A stretch of DNA of 62,986 nucleotides, counting the filler, from Reclinomonas americana ATCC 50394 (lineage: Eukaryota), in the NCBI GenBank assembly GCA_048213135.1. It is 7 parts of 4 records of this genome, joined end to end, with 100 filler letters (N's around TTAATTAATTAA, not from the genome) between each part and the next. Parts side by side here need not be neighbours in the genome. Positions count along the whole stretch, not along the records: positions 38,301 to 50,676 come from PS015192.1; 6 more parts are not named here. One strand, given 5' to 3'. Made by a program: the position numbers and the translations under genes. The notes beneath the pieces are model-generated. The model worked only from the letters and a program-made list of their open reading frames with translations. It ran no database searches and was not told the origin of the DNA. The first letter of the stretch is position 1. Each line of letters starts with the position of its first letter. This document shows, piece after piece, positions 38,201 through 50,776 of the stretch.

Positions 38201-38300
38201 NNNNNNNNNNNNNNNNNNNNNNNNNNNNNNNNNNNNNNNNNNNNTTAATTAATTAANNNNNNNNNNNNNNNNNNNNNNNNNNNNNNNNNNNNNNNNNNNN

Positions 38301-40598
38301 CTCAACAACCGCCGCTCGTCCATGTACTACGAGCTGCAGCTGCCCAAGGGCACCTCTCCATACACAGATCCCGTGCGCATGCTGGTGCTGCGTGCCGAGT
38401 CGCGCTACCAGATGGGCGTCGACTATGCGCAGCTCGTCGGCGACGACTTTGCGAAAATGTACAACATTTTCATGGCCACGCTCGTCAAAAACGCGGTGAG
38501 TGTGTGCCCCCCAAGCAACGCCACAGTGAGTAATCTCCTCAACGTGTTGTGTGTGGGCGCCAGCTGGAGCAATCGCTGTTGGAGGAGTTTTTGGACTGGC
38601 AGTGGTCGACGTACTTGGCGCCGGCTACGCCTCCTGAGTTCCTGGAGGAGGTGCAGTGTGCCTGCATGTATGTGCATGTGTATGAGTCGCGACCTGCTCA
38701 CTGGCTTGTTCGTGCGTGTGTGCCAGCTGCGTGGCATGAAGGATGCGGGTGCGGCCATGAACCATCCGCAGCTGGACCGCATGTCGTCGCGCGTGGTGGT
38801 GCTGGCCAATGCGCCGAGCGACGGCGACGACTGGATCCCCGTGATTCTCGAGTTGCGTCTGCTGCAGCTGCTTCTGCTGTGCGATTGCCGCTCACGTGTT
38901 TCGGCGACAGTGAGTTTGAGGAGTGGTTGAAGAACCGCACCGACACCTCGGCGGCGGAGATGCTCGGTGGACTCGCCACGTGGAAGGCACTCGGCAAGTT
39001 CCCCATTGAGGGTCACCACTGCAGCATGATGTCGTGGTGGGGCAAGCTGACCAAGGGCGGACAGCTGGTTTGTCGTCTCGATGAACTCGGTTGGCGAATC
39101 CACCAATCACTAACGCACCGCGGTCTTGTGAAAAACACAGTTCAGCTCGCGCAATCTGGACTGGTCGAAGGTGCGTGCATTCCGTGGTCTCTCTCTCTCT
39201 CTCTATCTTTCGTGCCATTCGCACTCACGACTGCATTGCAGGACACTGGCATCTCTGCGGTGCGAGCGACACGAATCTCCCCTCTTTGCTCGCACCGGTC
39301 GTTTTTTCTTGCTCATGCTGCTGATTTCTGCTGCGCAGTGGAAGTTGATCACGGTGTACCACCCGCCGGAGGCCGGACGCCATTCGTATGCCACATTCGG
39401 GTGCGTCGCCAGCACCTGCCGTCTTTGCAAAAGTGGTTTCTGACTCTCCCGTCGCGCAGCTGGGCCGGCTTTGTCGGAGCCATTGCCGGCATGAGCTCAC
39501 AGGGACTCACTGTGCACGAAGCCAATCTCGGTCAGCAGCTGCTCGCTGATTTCTCACTTCTCACCAGTCCGTGTCGCTCACCAATGTTCTCCAACAGAGG
39601 AGAGCATTGAGACCTTCCGTGCCATCCCGTGGGTGCTGCGCACGCGTCTGGTGATGGAGCTGGCTGCAAACCTCGACGAGGCACGCGACGTGTTCAGTTG
39701 CGCTGGAGCCTGCTGCTGCTGCTGCTGCTGAACCTCCTTTTCATCGCCAGCGTTTCTCATTCTGTGTCGCGCAGCCAAGCTCACCAACAACACGGTCGGC
39801 TTCAATTTCATGGTCACCTCGGCCTCGGATGCCGCCGCCGGCAAGTCCGCCGCCAACGCCTTCGAGACGCAGGCGTGGTACACGGCTGTGTTTGCCGATA
39901 ATGACGAGCGCGAGATCACGTTTCGTTGTCACGTGTGTCGTGTCGCCGACGACGAGATGATGTTGCTCACGTGCTCTTCCCTTCGCCAGCGCCACCTACG
40001 AAGACGTGCATGGTGTCACTCGCCCGCTGGGCAAGCCGTTCCCGAACGCCCTCTACCGCACCAACCACGGTGTGCATGTATGCGAATTTGAATGTTGCCA
40101 ACGATGCCTGCTCACCGCTGCGTGTCTCGCAGGCTACGATCCGATCATTCGCAAGTCGTACCAGTGGCCGATTTCGTGGCACGCCACACAGGACAGCATC
40201 TACCGCTACTTCCTCATTGCCAATTCGACCGAGGCGTACGTGGAGTCCAAGGGCGCCAAGGTCATTGGCCCCGACGAGGCCGTGACCATCACATCGCTGG
40301 CCGCCCCAAAGGGCGACAACTTCTTTGTGTGCGACAACACCAATGGCGGCTTCACCGTACTGAGCGTGGTCTACAGCCCGAGCGACTTGCACGTGTACGC
40401 GGCCTGGGAGAATGGCACTGGCAGCAGCTGGCGCACTGCCGGGTTCGTCTCCGATCTGCGAGTTGCTTTCGTCTCGCTCTCCGTCCTCACTTACCTTGTC
40501 CACGCAGATGCACTGGCTACGTGGCAATCGACCTGTCGTACTTCTTTGGTGACATGAGCGACTCGGCATCGCGGCTGCGAGGAAACAACGTCGAGTGA
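38301..40598 (+). CDS. Peptidase C45/acid-ceramidase-like Ntn hydrolase (Dictyostelium dcd1-like), 5' partial
   Basis: Nucleophile HCSMMSWWG, FSSRNLDW, LITVYHP, FGWAGFVGAIAGMSSQGLTVHEANL, PWVLRTRLVME, NNTVGFNFMV, YRTNHGYDP. Confidence 0.85.
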
Positions 40599-40654
40599 GG
40601 AGAAAAAGTCCTGCAATGAAGTGACAGGATTGGCTTGATTTCCGTCGTTGATTC

Positions 40655-43526
40655 ATGGCGTCATCATCGGCACCGCGACACTCCTCAGGCTCCGCAGGGG
40701 CCTTTATCGATGAGGGTGCCACGTTTGAGTCGCTGGGCCTCGATCGTCGTCTCCTGCTGGCCGTGCTCAATCTGGCCTACACAGTTGAGTATGACGCACA
40801 CAGCGAGTGAGTGAGTGAGCAGGAAAGGGACGGCAGCTTGTGTATGGGCATGAGTAGAGCAGTGTGCACATGTGGCGGAGAGGACACGACGCCGTCTGCA
40901 ACACGAGGGCGCTCGTTTCGCTCGTGCACATTCACATCATCGCTCACTGACACGCACACACACTTGCCCAGAAACCCACTCTTGTGCAATCGTCGTGCAT
41001 CCCGCTGGCCCTGCAAGGCAAGGTGAGAGGAATGCCTAGACAGTGAGTGGGCAAGAGAATAGCTGCTCACTCGTTCGTCATCATCTATTAGGATATTCTG
41101 GCCCGTGCACGCACGGGATCGGGCAAGACTGCGGCCTACTGTCTCCCGTTGCTGCACAAGATCCTCACGGCCAAGAAGAGCGCAGCATATGAGCCACGAA
41201 TTGCGGCACTGGTGCTGGTGCCGACCAAGGAACTGGTCGAACAGGTCACAGACAACATTGCCGAGCTGAAGCGCTACTGCGGCTCGTCGATCTCGGTGAT
41301 TGGGGTGACCTCGGACGCGTCGCTGGCGCAACAGAAGCCGCGATTGGCCGAGTTGCCGGATGTGCTGGTGGGAACACCGGGTCGCGTGCTGCAACATCTC
41401 GAAGAAGGGGTGCGGAAAATCATTCGTTGGAGCCAGAGGCTGTCTGTCGCTCACCATTCTCTCTCTCCTTCTCGTGCTCAGAACATTACGCTGTCGGAGT
41501 CACTGGAGACGCTGGTGCTGGACGAGGCCGACTTGCTGCTGTCGATGGGTCACAATGCTGATGTGCGAGCAATCACTGAGCGGATACCGCGGACGTGCCA
41601 GACGCTGCTCATGTCTGCGACCATGAACGAGGACGTGGAGGAGTTGCGACGCCTCGTGCTGCACAATCCGGTGACGGTGAAGTTGGAGGATGCCGACGAT
41701 GACACGGCCGGCTCACTCTACCAATATGTATTACCGTGAGTCATGTCGTCGTCATTCATCGTCTGCTGGTTGTCGACCCGGTAGGTGGGCTCACTCCACC
41801 ACCATTCTCGTTTGTGCAGTGTTCGCGACGACGACAAATTCCTCTATCTGTACTGCATTCTGAAATTCCGCCTGGTGCCCGGCAAGGTTCTGGTGNNNNN
41901 NNNNNNNNNNNNNNNNNNNNNNNNNNNNNNNNNNNNNNNNNNNNNNNNNNNNNNNNNNNNNNNNNNNNNNNNNNNNNNNNNNNNNNNNNNNNNNNNNNNN
42001 NNNNNNNNNNNNNNNNNNNNNNNNNNNNNNNNNNNNNNNNNNNNNNNNNNNNNNNNNNNNNNNNNNNNNNNNNNNNNNNNNNNNNNNNNNNNNNNNNNNN
42101 NNNNNNNNNNNNNNNNNNNNNNNNNNNNNNNNNNNNNNNNNNNNNNNNNNNNNNNNNNNNNNNNNNNNNNNNNNNNNNNNNNNNNNNNNNNNNNNNNNNN
42201 NNNNNNNNNNNNNNNNNNNNNNNNNNNNNNNNNNNNNNNNNNNNNNNNNNNNNNNNNNNNNNNNNNNNNNNNNNNNNNNNNNNNNNNNNNNNNNNNNNNN
42301 NNNNNNNNNNNNNNNNNNNNNNNNNNNNNNNNNNNTTCATCAACGATCTCGATCGGTGTTATCGCGTCAAGCTGTTCCTGCAGCGGTTCGGCTTGCACGC
42401 GGCTGTGTTGAATTCGGAGCTGCCGGCCAACTCTCGGTGAGTTGGGGGGGATGTACTTACCTTGTTCACCACCACCCACTCAAGGTCTCACGCTCCACTC
42501 CCCGCAGCATGCACATTGTGCAGCAGTTCAACAAGGGTCTCTTCCCATACCTGCTGGCCACCGACGAGTTCTGCTTCGAGGATGCATCGACACGGAAAAC
42601 GGGCGCCTCCAAGAAGAAGAAGTCGAAGAAGGCGCAGGAGGCTGACACCGAGTACGGCGTCTCACGCGGTGTCGACTTTAAGGACATCCAGACGGTGCTG
42701 AATTTTGACATTCCACCTACCCCGAAGGCCTACACACACCGAATTGGGCGAACGGCGCGTGCGGGAGCGAGTGGAACGGCATTGACACTGGTCGACATGA
42801 GACGAGAGGAGAAGCTGTTTGCGGAAATTGTGCACACGCAGACTGGTGAGTCGCGGCGAGGCGTCGGTGGTGGTTCGTGGAGTGCGCTGACCGACTCGGG
42901 GTGTGCAGAGCGTGGTCACGAGGTGCAAATGTTTGAGGTCAATGTCGACGACGTGGAAGCGTTCCGGTATCGCGCCAGGACCGTACTCAGCGGCATCACG
43001 AAGAATGCGACGACGAACGCGCGTGCACAGGAGCTGAAGATTGAGATTTTGAACTCGCAAAAGCTGCAAGATCACTTCCGCGAGAACCCCGAAGATATGG
43101 AGGCGCTGAAGCACGACTCGCAGCTGCAGGCGCATTTGGTAACGGTGCGCTTCTCTGTCGTTGTCGTCTGTTTCTTGTTTCGCACTCGGTATCTAACTCG
43201 CCCTTCTGTGTCTGCAGCCCGACTTGAAACACGTGCCGACCTATCTGCAACCGAAATCGCTAAAGCCGTCACCCCTGGAGAGTGCAATTGCCGATTCCTT
43301 CATGGGCAAGAAGAAGTTCCAGTACAAGCGACAACGCGAGGAGAACGGCAAGTTTACCAAGAACAAGGTTGGTGTTGTGCGCCGCCTGCCCACTGTCTCT
43401 CCATTCTGCCGACTGACATGGTCTGCTCTCTGGCGCGCGTGCACGCACACACAGAGACGAAAGATCGCACCAAAGGATCCGCTGCAGACACCGGCAGAGA
43501 GGAGAGCGACTGCTCGCAAACGCTGA
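40655..43526 (+). CDS. DBP9: DEAD-box RNA helicase DBP9/DDX56
   Basis: Q motif [83 protein letters not shown]. Confidence 0.95.
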
Positions 43527-43586
43527 GGGCGAATGAACACATGATACAGGCGTCCCGTCGTGTTTTCTCGCTTCGTTCCTTCTTTT

Positions 43587-46500
43587 TCAGTCGCCATCCC
43601 CGTCGTCCTCCACCGTGTGGATGCTCCAGGTGTCGGGTGGCGGCGCCGGTCCTGCACGTCGGTGCGGGTTGAAGGCCACCACCACACGAGGTGCGGCGAT
43701 TTGAATATCCGGCTGCTCGTCGCGCCGCAGCAAGCGCATGTTGGCCACGGCGGCGTCACGCACCGCTTTGGGATCGACCTCGCGCTGTGTACATACGCAT
43801 CGTGAGTCTACACCGCACGGGTGTGGGAGCAAAAATGAGTGGATGGCATGCCTTTTCTCGCGGAATCGGTGCACGAATGACGGCGCCGGCCGTTCGCTTG
43901 CGTGTGTGTGCCTCGGCTGTGGTGAGCGTGTCGTAATCCAGCGCCGCTGTCTGGCGACTCGGCTGATACGAGGTGCTCCTTGTGTCGCGCGACACACGAG
44001 GCAACGAGAAGCCGCCGCCCGACTCGGGCTTCAGGAATCGCAGAGCCGACTCGACGTCGTACTCGGGGGTGAAGCGCGGCACTGGCAGATCGTGATCACC
44101 AGGTCGTCGTCGCTGCCAGACAACAATGCAGGTGAGCCAAACAGGGAAGAACTGAACGGGAGAGAAGCAGCTTGCGCACCCCCTGATACTTGCTGAAATC
44201 GACATCCGGAACGCGTGGTCTCAACATGGCCGAGCTTGCGTTGAACTCGTCGTGCGCCATGCCAATCGGGCGAACCTTGTCATCCTCCGTGATGCGCCGG
44301 TTCGGTGTCAGGTCGCGTCCGTTGTACATGAGTGGTGCTGTGTTGAGAAAGTGAGCGCAGACAAGCAGCAGTGACTGACCGTCTCGCGATGCACACACCT
44401 TTGCTAAAGTCTGTGGCACGCGGCTGTGGCAGTGTTGCCGCCAGAGCTGCCTCGACATCCAACTCAACGGCGTCGTTCACCGGCGCCGGCGGGATCTTGG
44501 AGCGGCGGAGATCGGGGATATCACTGCGAGGCAGGTAGCCGCCTGTCGACAGCCAGCGAGAGGTGTGAGCATGATTGACGAAAAAGACGAGGACGCTGGC
44601 GCGCTCGCACCAATAACACGCGGAAACAAGACTTCACGAGGAATGTCGTAAATGGCGCTGTTGAGTCGATCGGGGAGCGGTCGTTCCTCTCGGCGTCGTC
44701 GGGCCACCGGTTCAGGGCTGACGATGCGGTGGCCTGGAATCGTGCGCTCCACCAGCGAGTATTCCACATCGTAGCGTCTGTGCGCAACAACGTCAGCAAC
44801 AAACAGCCACAGTTGCGCAGATAGCGATGCAGACAGACCCTGGATCGAGGCCAGGAGGCGGAGGCGGGGCTAGTCGTGGCGGAAGCTCCAGCGAGTCGTG
44901 CAAATGATCGGGGCGCATCACCACGAGACACTTGGCGCTCATGGTCGGGCGCAGATCGGATAGTGTGGGACCAGTTGCCGCATACAACGCCGCCTCCAGG
45001 TCCTCATTTTGCAGCCGCCGAAATCGTGCAACCTCGCCCTCTGTCAATGGACGATGATGAGAGCGAACACGTGGAGCACCACCAGACAGCGACGTCGACA
45101 AACCAACAGTCGGCGGATGCAACACTGGCGCAAAGTCGTGCTTGGGACGCACCGGATCCAACGAAGGATTGTAGGTGCCAGGATCGAGTACCTTTGGCTG
45201 ACGGCCACGTCGACGTCTGGGCTCCGTGACCGTGGCTGCAATTATTGGGGGTGAGCAGAACGAAGGGATGCTCCTCGCCAAAGCGTCCTCTCGCAACTGT
45301 CAAACACTGGTCCAGGCACATGCGGAAGCAGGGCCACGGACGGATCGTGCCACTGCGTGTCGGGAGAACGCCACAATCTTTGCGCCTCTTCCAGACCTGC
45401 AGCGAGCGATCAGTGCCTGGCACAGATGGAACAATCGGTCAGCTCACACGTACCGGTCACCACTGAGTCGTCCACAGTGAAGCGGCGACCCGTGGTACGA
45501 TCGAACATGATGGCGGCCACGTGCGCACGAACAGCATCGTACTGCGGGTCGTAGAGACCCGGTCCAAGGCGATCGGGCGGCGCACTGTCGTCGACGACAG
45601 GGAAACGCTCTCCGGTACCGAATGGCACGCCGCCACGAATGGTGCGCTGGTCGACCACCGTGTACGTTCCGGGGCCCTGCGATGACAGATTGAAGAGTGT
45701 GAGTTGCAGCAGCCACAGCAGGCGAATGTTGACGCGCTGCGCGCAACTGGCACACGTGGTGGCGCCGACCAGGAGCGTAGCTTTGATAGAAAGGAAAGAA
45801 TGTGTGAATGCGGTGCTGCATCGCAATGTGGCTCGGGGGAAGCACAAGTACCGGTGAGGGTGGCGGTGCAATGGTCGCCAGACGAGGCCTCGATTCGATG
45901 GCTCCATATGCACGATCGACATCCAACAGCTGTGGCACACCGGCGGTGTGAATGGATGGCAACAAGAATGCAGTGTTGCACGGCACGCTGCTCACCAATG
46001 GTTCCGGTTCTGCATCGTGCACTGGCCGACGAGGTGCGGCAACGACGGTGGGCGGTGCCATGACAGTAGTCGGGGCTCGCGGACGAACGGCATCGACATT
46101 CGGGTGCAGTTCAAGCGAGCGGCGCCGCACATGTTCACGACGCCGGCGAGTTGTCGGTGTGCGCCCTGCATACCGACGAAAATCGACAACACCAGAGGGT
46201 GGTGGTCGCATAGGTGATGGAGACCGTGAAGATGGCGGCGGCGATGGTGGTGGCGGAGTGGACGCGCGCTGGGGGAATGCGCAAGTGAGTGAATCACGAA
46301 TGCATGCCACTTGCTGCGCCACTGCGTTGCTCACCGATGCACTGGCTGGTCGCTGATACGCAAAGCGTACAGGTGCACTCGCAAAGTCCACAGCCGCACT
46401 GTGCTTTTGCACCACATCCCATCGTGGAGCGTACTGGCCAGGCCCCGGTGTTCCGTGGCGTGACGCCGAGGATGCGGAAGAGGGAGAAGACGCTGGGGAC

Positions 46501-47391
46501 GACGACGACCTGCCACCCTCTCTGTGCTGGCGACGATGTCGACGGTGCGATCGATGCCGTCGTGGAGACGGCGACGAGGGAAACCTGAGTGAGTGTGAGT
46601 GTGCGAAGAAGAAAAGACCGGATGGCAGTTTGCATGTGTGTTGTTGGCTGACCTCTCGGCACCTCGACCAAGATCGGGCACACCCACAGGCGCCGGCGGT
46701 GGCGGGCAGTAAAAGTCACGCGCATCGACGTGGCCGTCGTCGCCTCGACGCCGGCGTACCTCCTTCTTCACTGGCTGCATGACCACGGCCGACGGATGCC
46801 GCGGCTTGACGGCATCCATGTTGGGCACATTCTCCTTTTCCGCGCCCTTCGTGGCTCGCCCACGCGACAGCCGAGCTAACAAACGAGGCAAGTGAGCGAT
46901 CAACTGGCGCAGACAGCGACTGGAACAAAAGAACACCAACCACGCTTGGTCTTGCCGGTCTTGTCCACGATCGCCGCACCGACGACCGTCGACGGCGCCT
47001 GTCGATGCTGCGTGACCTTGACAGGGTGCACCAGTGGAGCATCAAAGCGCGTAAACTCCACTCGCCCCTCCTCATCGCCACGCACGTGGCGAGCACGACG
47101 CGCCGAGTTGATCGCCGCCGCTTCCCGCCGACGACACCTGCAGCATTCTTCATCAATGACGATCGCTGACGATCGCACACACACACACACTCACCGTTCC
47201 AGACGACGCTCGGCGTCCTGCACAGCCGCGGCGAGGATCGAGGGGCCGCTGGGCGAGGTGGTGGTGGACGACGTTCGCTCGCGATCGCCTCGACCCTCGC
47301 CACCGTCGCCCCCCGTGTGCGCGTCGAGTTTGTCAATGGCGGCTTCGGCACGCGCAATCAGCGCCGCCAGTTCCAGCAGCCGCGACGACAT
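43587..47391 (-). CDS. SHIPPO/PGP-repeat (ODF3/STPG-like) protein, likely axonemal
   Basis: Repeated [30 protein letters not shown], each followed by V-R-P-type motifs; Pro/Arg-rich. Confidence 0.7.
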
Positions 47392-47478
47392 GCGGACAGC
47401 GCCCGCGCGCACGTGGAGAATGAAAGCGCGCAGGACTGCTGAGAGGACATCCACTCTCCCTCTCTACTCTCGCACGTC

Positions 47479-48544
47479 ATGGCCGCAGTCACGTTGCGTT
47501 CGGGCCTGTCTCTCTCACACTATGTGTCCGTCTATGCTCATGCCACGTGCTCTTCGCAGCATTGAATACACTGTGCTCAAGCCGGAGGATGTGGATGCGG
47601 CAGCTGAGTTGTCGGGTCGGTGCTTTGGCGAGAGCGAGCCTGTGACCACTGCGTGCGGTGAGACTGCGTGGCGACGAGTGAGCAGCATGCTCACGTTCTC
47701 ATGAGGACTGTGAGCAGATGTTTCCGGCGACTACATGATTGGCTACTGGCGACCTTTTGTGGAGATTTGCTGTGCGAATGACCTGTCGGTGGGTGCGTGG
47801 GCGGTGGATGCCACCACTGGAGAGCGTACGCTGGCCGGCTGCGCGCTCAACATGCCGTACAATACCCCGGACCCGCAGGGTGAGATGCGTGTGGAAGCAA
47901 GAGAAAAGTTTCACACTTTTTTTCATCGTGCAGATGCATGCATGCACGTGCGCAGCGTTCACCGATTACTACGAGGCCGACCCGCAGCCAGCGGGTTCGT
48001 CTCTGTGTCCCATGTGCTTTGTTTTTTGCTTCGTCACGCCTGCATCTCGCTCATTCGTTGCATGCGTTCAGCCATTCACGCGTGCCTCGACTTGCTGGAT
48101 GAGAACTACCACAAGGTGCTCGACATTGATCCGGCCGAGGTGCTGCTGCTGCTGGTGTATGCCGTCGACAGTCGCTTCCGTGGACGAGTTGCGTACGGGT
48201 TGCCATTCGTTCCCATGGTCGCTTTGTGCTAACGAGTCGCCAGGGCATCGCCAACGAGCTGACGACGCGGACGTTCCAGATTGGGCGTGAGCGTGGATTC
48301 AAGCGCGCCGTGTCGCACACCTCATCTGGTGCGTGTGGCCGTCACCAAGCGATCTCGTGTGCGTGCGCTCTCATGTGTATCTGTCGTGCACGCAGCGTAC
48401 TCTCGCGCAGCCATTATGCGCGCCGGTGCCCGGGAGGTAACTGCTGTGGATTATGCTACATTCGAGTTCCAGGGTACCAAGCCATTTGCTGGACTGCCGG
48501 CTCGCGGGCACACCCACTTCTGCGTGGTTGAAGCAGCTCTCTAA
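47479..48544 (+). CDS. GNAT acetyltransferase resembling insect arylalkylamine/dopamine N-acetyltransferases
   Basis: F-x-x-x-EP near the N-terminus, motif A AVDSRFRGRGIANEL formed across an intron, TSSAYS, VDYATF; TAA at 48544. Confidence 0.8.
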
Positions 48545-48631
48545 TCCGGTGTCACACACATCCTCTCCTGCAATGCAGCATCGTTTCCCCTTTTGTTCCT
48601 CCCTGTACACACTCGCACTCCGGCAGTCGGC

Positions 48632-49671
48632 TTACTTGCCTGTGGAGGGATATTAAATGAGAGTGTGCCCACATGCCACGCACGGGAAGTGTCCGCGTAC
48701 CGATGCTCTTGCGATTGCGCGCTCCATCAACAACACCCGGGCCCTTCTGCGAGCCGCCCGAAGACGATTGGCTGCTGTCTGCGCCGCCGTGGATAAACTC
48801 TGCGAAGCAAATCCCTCAGCATGTGGTGAGATTTGCATACAGGCGTGCACGCAGTGGCGCACCGGCGAGGAATGTGGCCAGGAAAACACGCTCCAGCAGT
48901 TGGCGATACTCGTCGATCTGCAGCACACCGTCGCCATTCGAGTCGACCTCTGCGTGCAACAATGAGCGCAAGAGGAAGGAATGCACTGTCATCGACACCT
49001 TACTCACTCTGCATGGCCCTCGCGACAACCTGCGCGACAGTGAGGTGATGAGAAGCAATGGTACTCACGGTCTTGTGAGAAGCATCGCACTCACCTCACG
49101 AGTGGGCGCTCGCAGCGAGATGGAGGGGTTCTTGGCGCAAAAATCGGTAAAGCAAATCTGCAAGAACGTCTCCACCTCGTCGACATTCAACGAGCCGTCA
49201 TGATTCTGCAGAGGCACGGCATGTCAGTGTCGTAAAGTGTCACATGTGGTGACGGCAATGCACGCACCGCATCCACTCGGCGGAAAATCTGCACGAGTTG
49301 CTGCTGGAAATCGGGACTGTGCATGCGGTGGTGAGCGAGCGATCTGACAAAATGAAACGAATGCACGCCCCGCACCTCTCGATGCGCGCCATGACATGGT
49401 GGACGCTCGACATGGCCAGCCTGCACACAGCAATCAAGTGAGCGACGCAATTGTGACAGACAGCAGCAGATGACGCAATCGCAATCGCAGCGCACTTGAC
49501 AAGAGACAAGTCGCCGTGCTGCTGCTGCACGGCCTTGGTCAGCAGACGCTCGGCCTCCGCGATCGGATCGTCAGCCTAACAGCAGACGCAGTCAGCGCAC
49601 ATGCCCGCCACAAACAACAACCACCGAGAGCCAGCGCGCACCAGCAGCACCGAGTTGATGATCGTTCCCAT
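48632..49671 (-). CDS. Two-EF-hand calcium-binding protein, possible N-myristoylation (MGTIINS)
   Basis: Spliced loops DANHDGSLNVDE and DSNGDGVLQIDE; 8 ordinary introns. Confidence 0.8.
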
Positions 49672-49773
49672 GTCCAGTGATCCCTGTCGCTGATGACTCG
49701 GCGCACCTCCTGCGCATCTCTTCCGTGAGACATGCGATATGCCATTCTCTTATCCACTATACACACACCAGTG

Positions 49774-50614
49774 CTACGCGTCGCCACTTGCGTTGCCTCC
49801 GAGCCACGTTTCGTCTCCAACTGCAACAATGCGAGTGAGAAGAGTGCAAATTGGATGCTCTCTCTTCACACAAGAACAGCAGCACGCAACAGCTGCTGCC
49901 GGCGCAGGCTTGCCAGAGGACGACACCACAGAGACCACATACAACACCACCATGACACCCGCTGCAGAGAGAGAGATGAGAGAAAGAGATGATGCGCGCG
50001 ACACACAAAGGCAGCACAAACCAAACAGCGCCAGTGCAGTGAACGGGGCGAGCACGCCCGAGTAGCCCAGTGACGCACACGCGCCAATCGCACTCCCCAG
50101 CAGTGTNNNNNNNNNNNNNNNNNNNNNNNNNNNNNNNNNNNNNNNNNNNNNNNNNNNNNNNNNNNNNNNNNNNNNNNNNNNNNNNNNNNNNNNNNNNNNN
50201 NNNNNNNNNNNNNNNNNNNNNNNNNNNNNNNNNNNNNNNNNNNNNNNNNNNNNNNNNNNNNNNNNNNNNNNNNNNNNNNNNNNNNNNNNNNNNNNNNNNN
50301 NNNNNNNNNNNNNNNNNNNNNNNNNNNNNNNNNNNNNNNNNNNNNNNNNNNNNNNNNNNNNNNNNNNNNNNNNNNNNNNNNNNNNNNNNNNNNNNNNNNN
50401 NNNNNNNNNNNNNNNNNNNNNNNNNNNNNNNNNNNNNNNNNNNNNNNNNNNNNNNNNNNNNNNNNNNNNNNTGTATCTCCACTGCTGCGTCCACTGCTGC
50501 TGCTGCTGCTTGCTCTTCTTCCAGCCCTGTGCGCCATGTGACCACGTGCAGTGGGCCGCCTATCATGGTGCGCGCCACAGGCACTGCTGGTAGAGGCTCA
50601 GCAGCGGAGGCCAT
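49774..50614 (-). CDS. Small putative membrane protein interrupted by an N-gap
   Basis: ATG at 50614; hydrophobic exons VLAPFTALALFGLCCL and GVMVVLYVVSVV; structure poorly constrained. Confidence 0.35.
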
Positions 50615-50776
50615 CGTCAGAGTGTCCGTCGATTGATTGCGCAGTCTGTGCCTTCTTTAACATGCTGTGCAAGCTGNNNNNNNNNNNNNNNNNNNNNNNN
50701 NNNNNNNNNNNNNNNNNNNNTTAATTAATTAANNNNNNNNNNNNNNNNNNNNNNNNNNNNNNNNNNNNNNNNNNNN

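Noticed and set aside
42454-42462. TACTTACCT resembling the U1 snRNA 5' end
   Set aside because: It sits in a ~70 nt DBP9 intron with no U1 stem-loops or Sm site, so it is probably chance.
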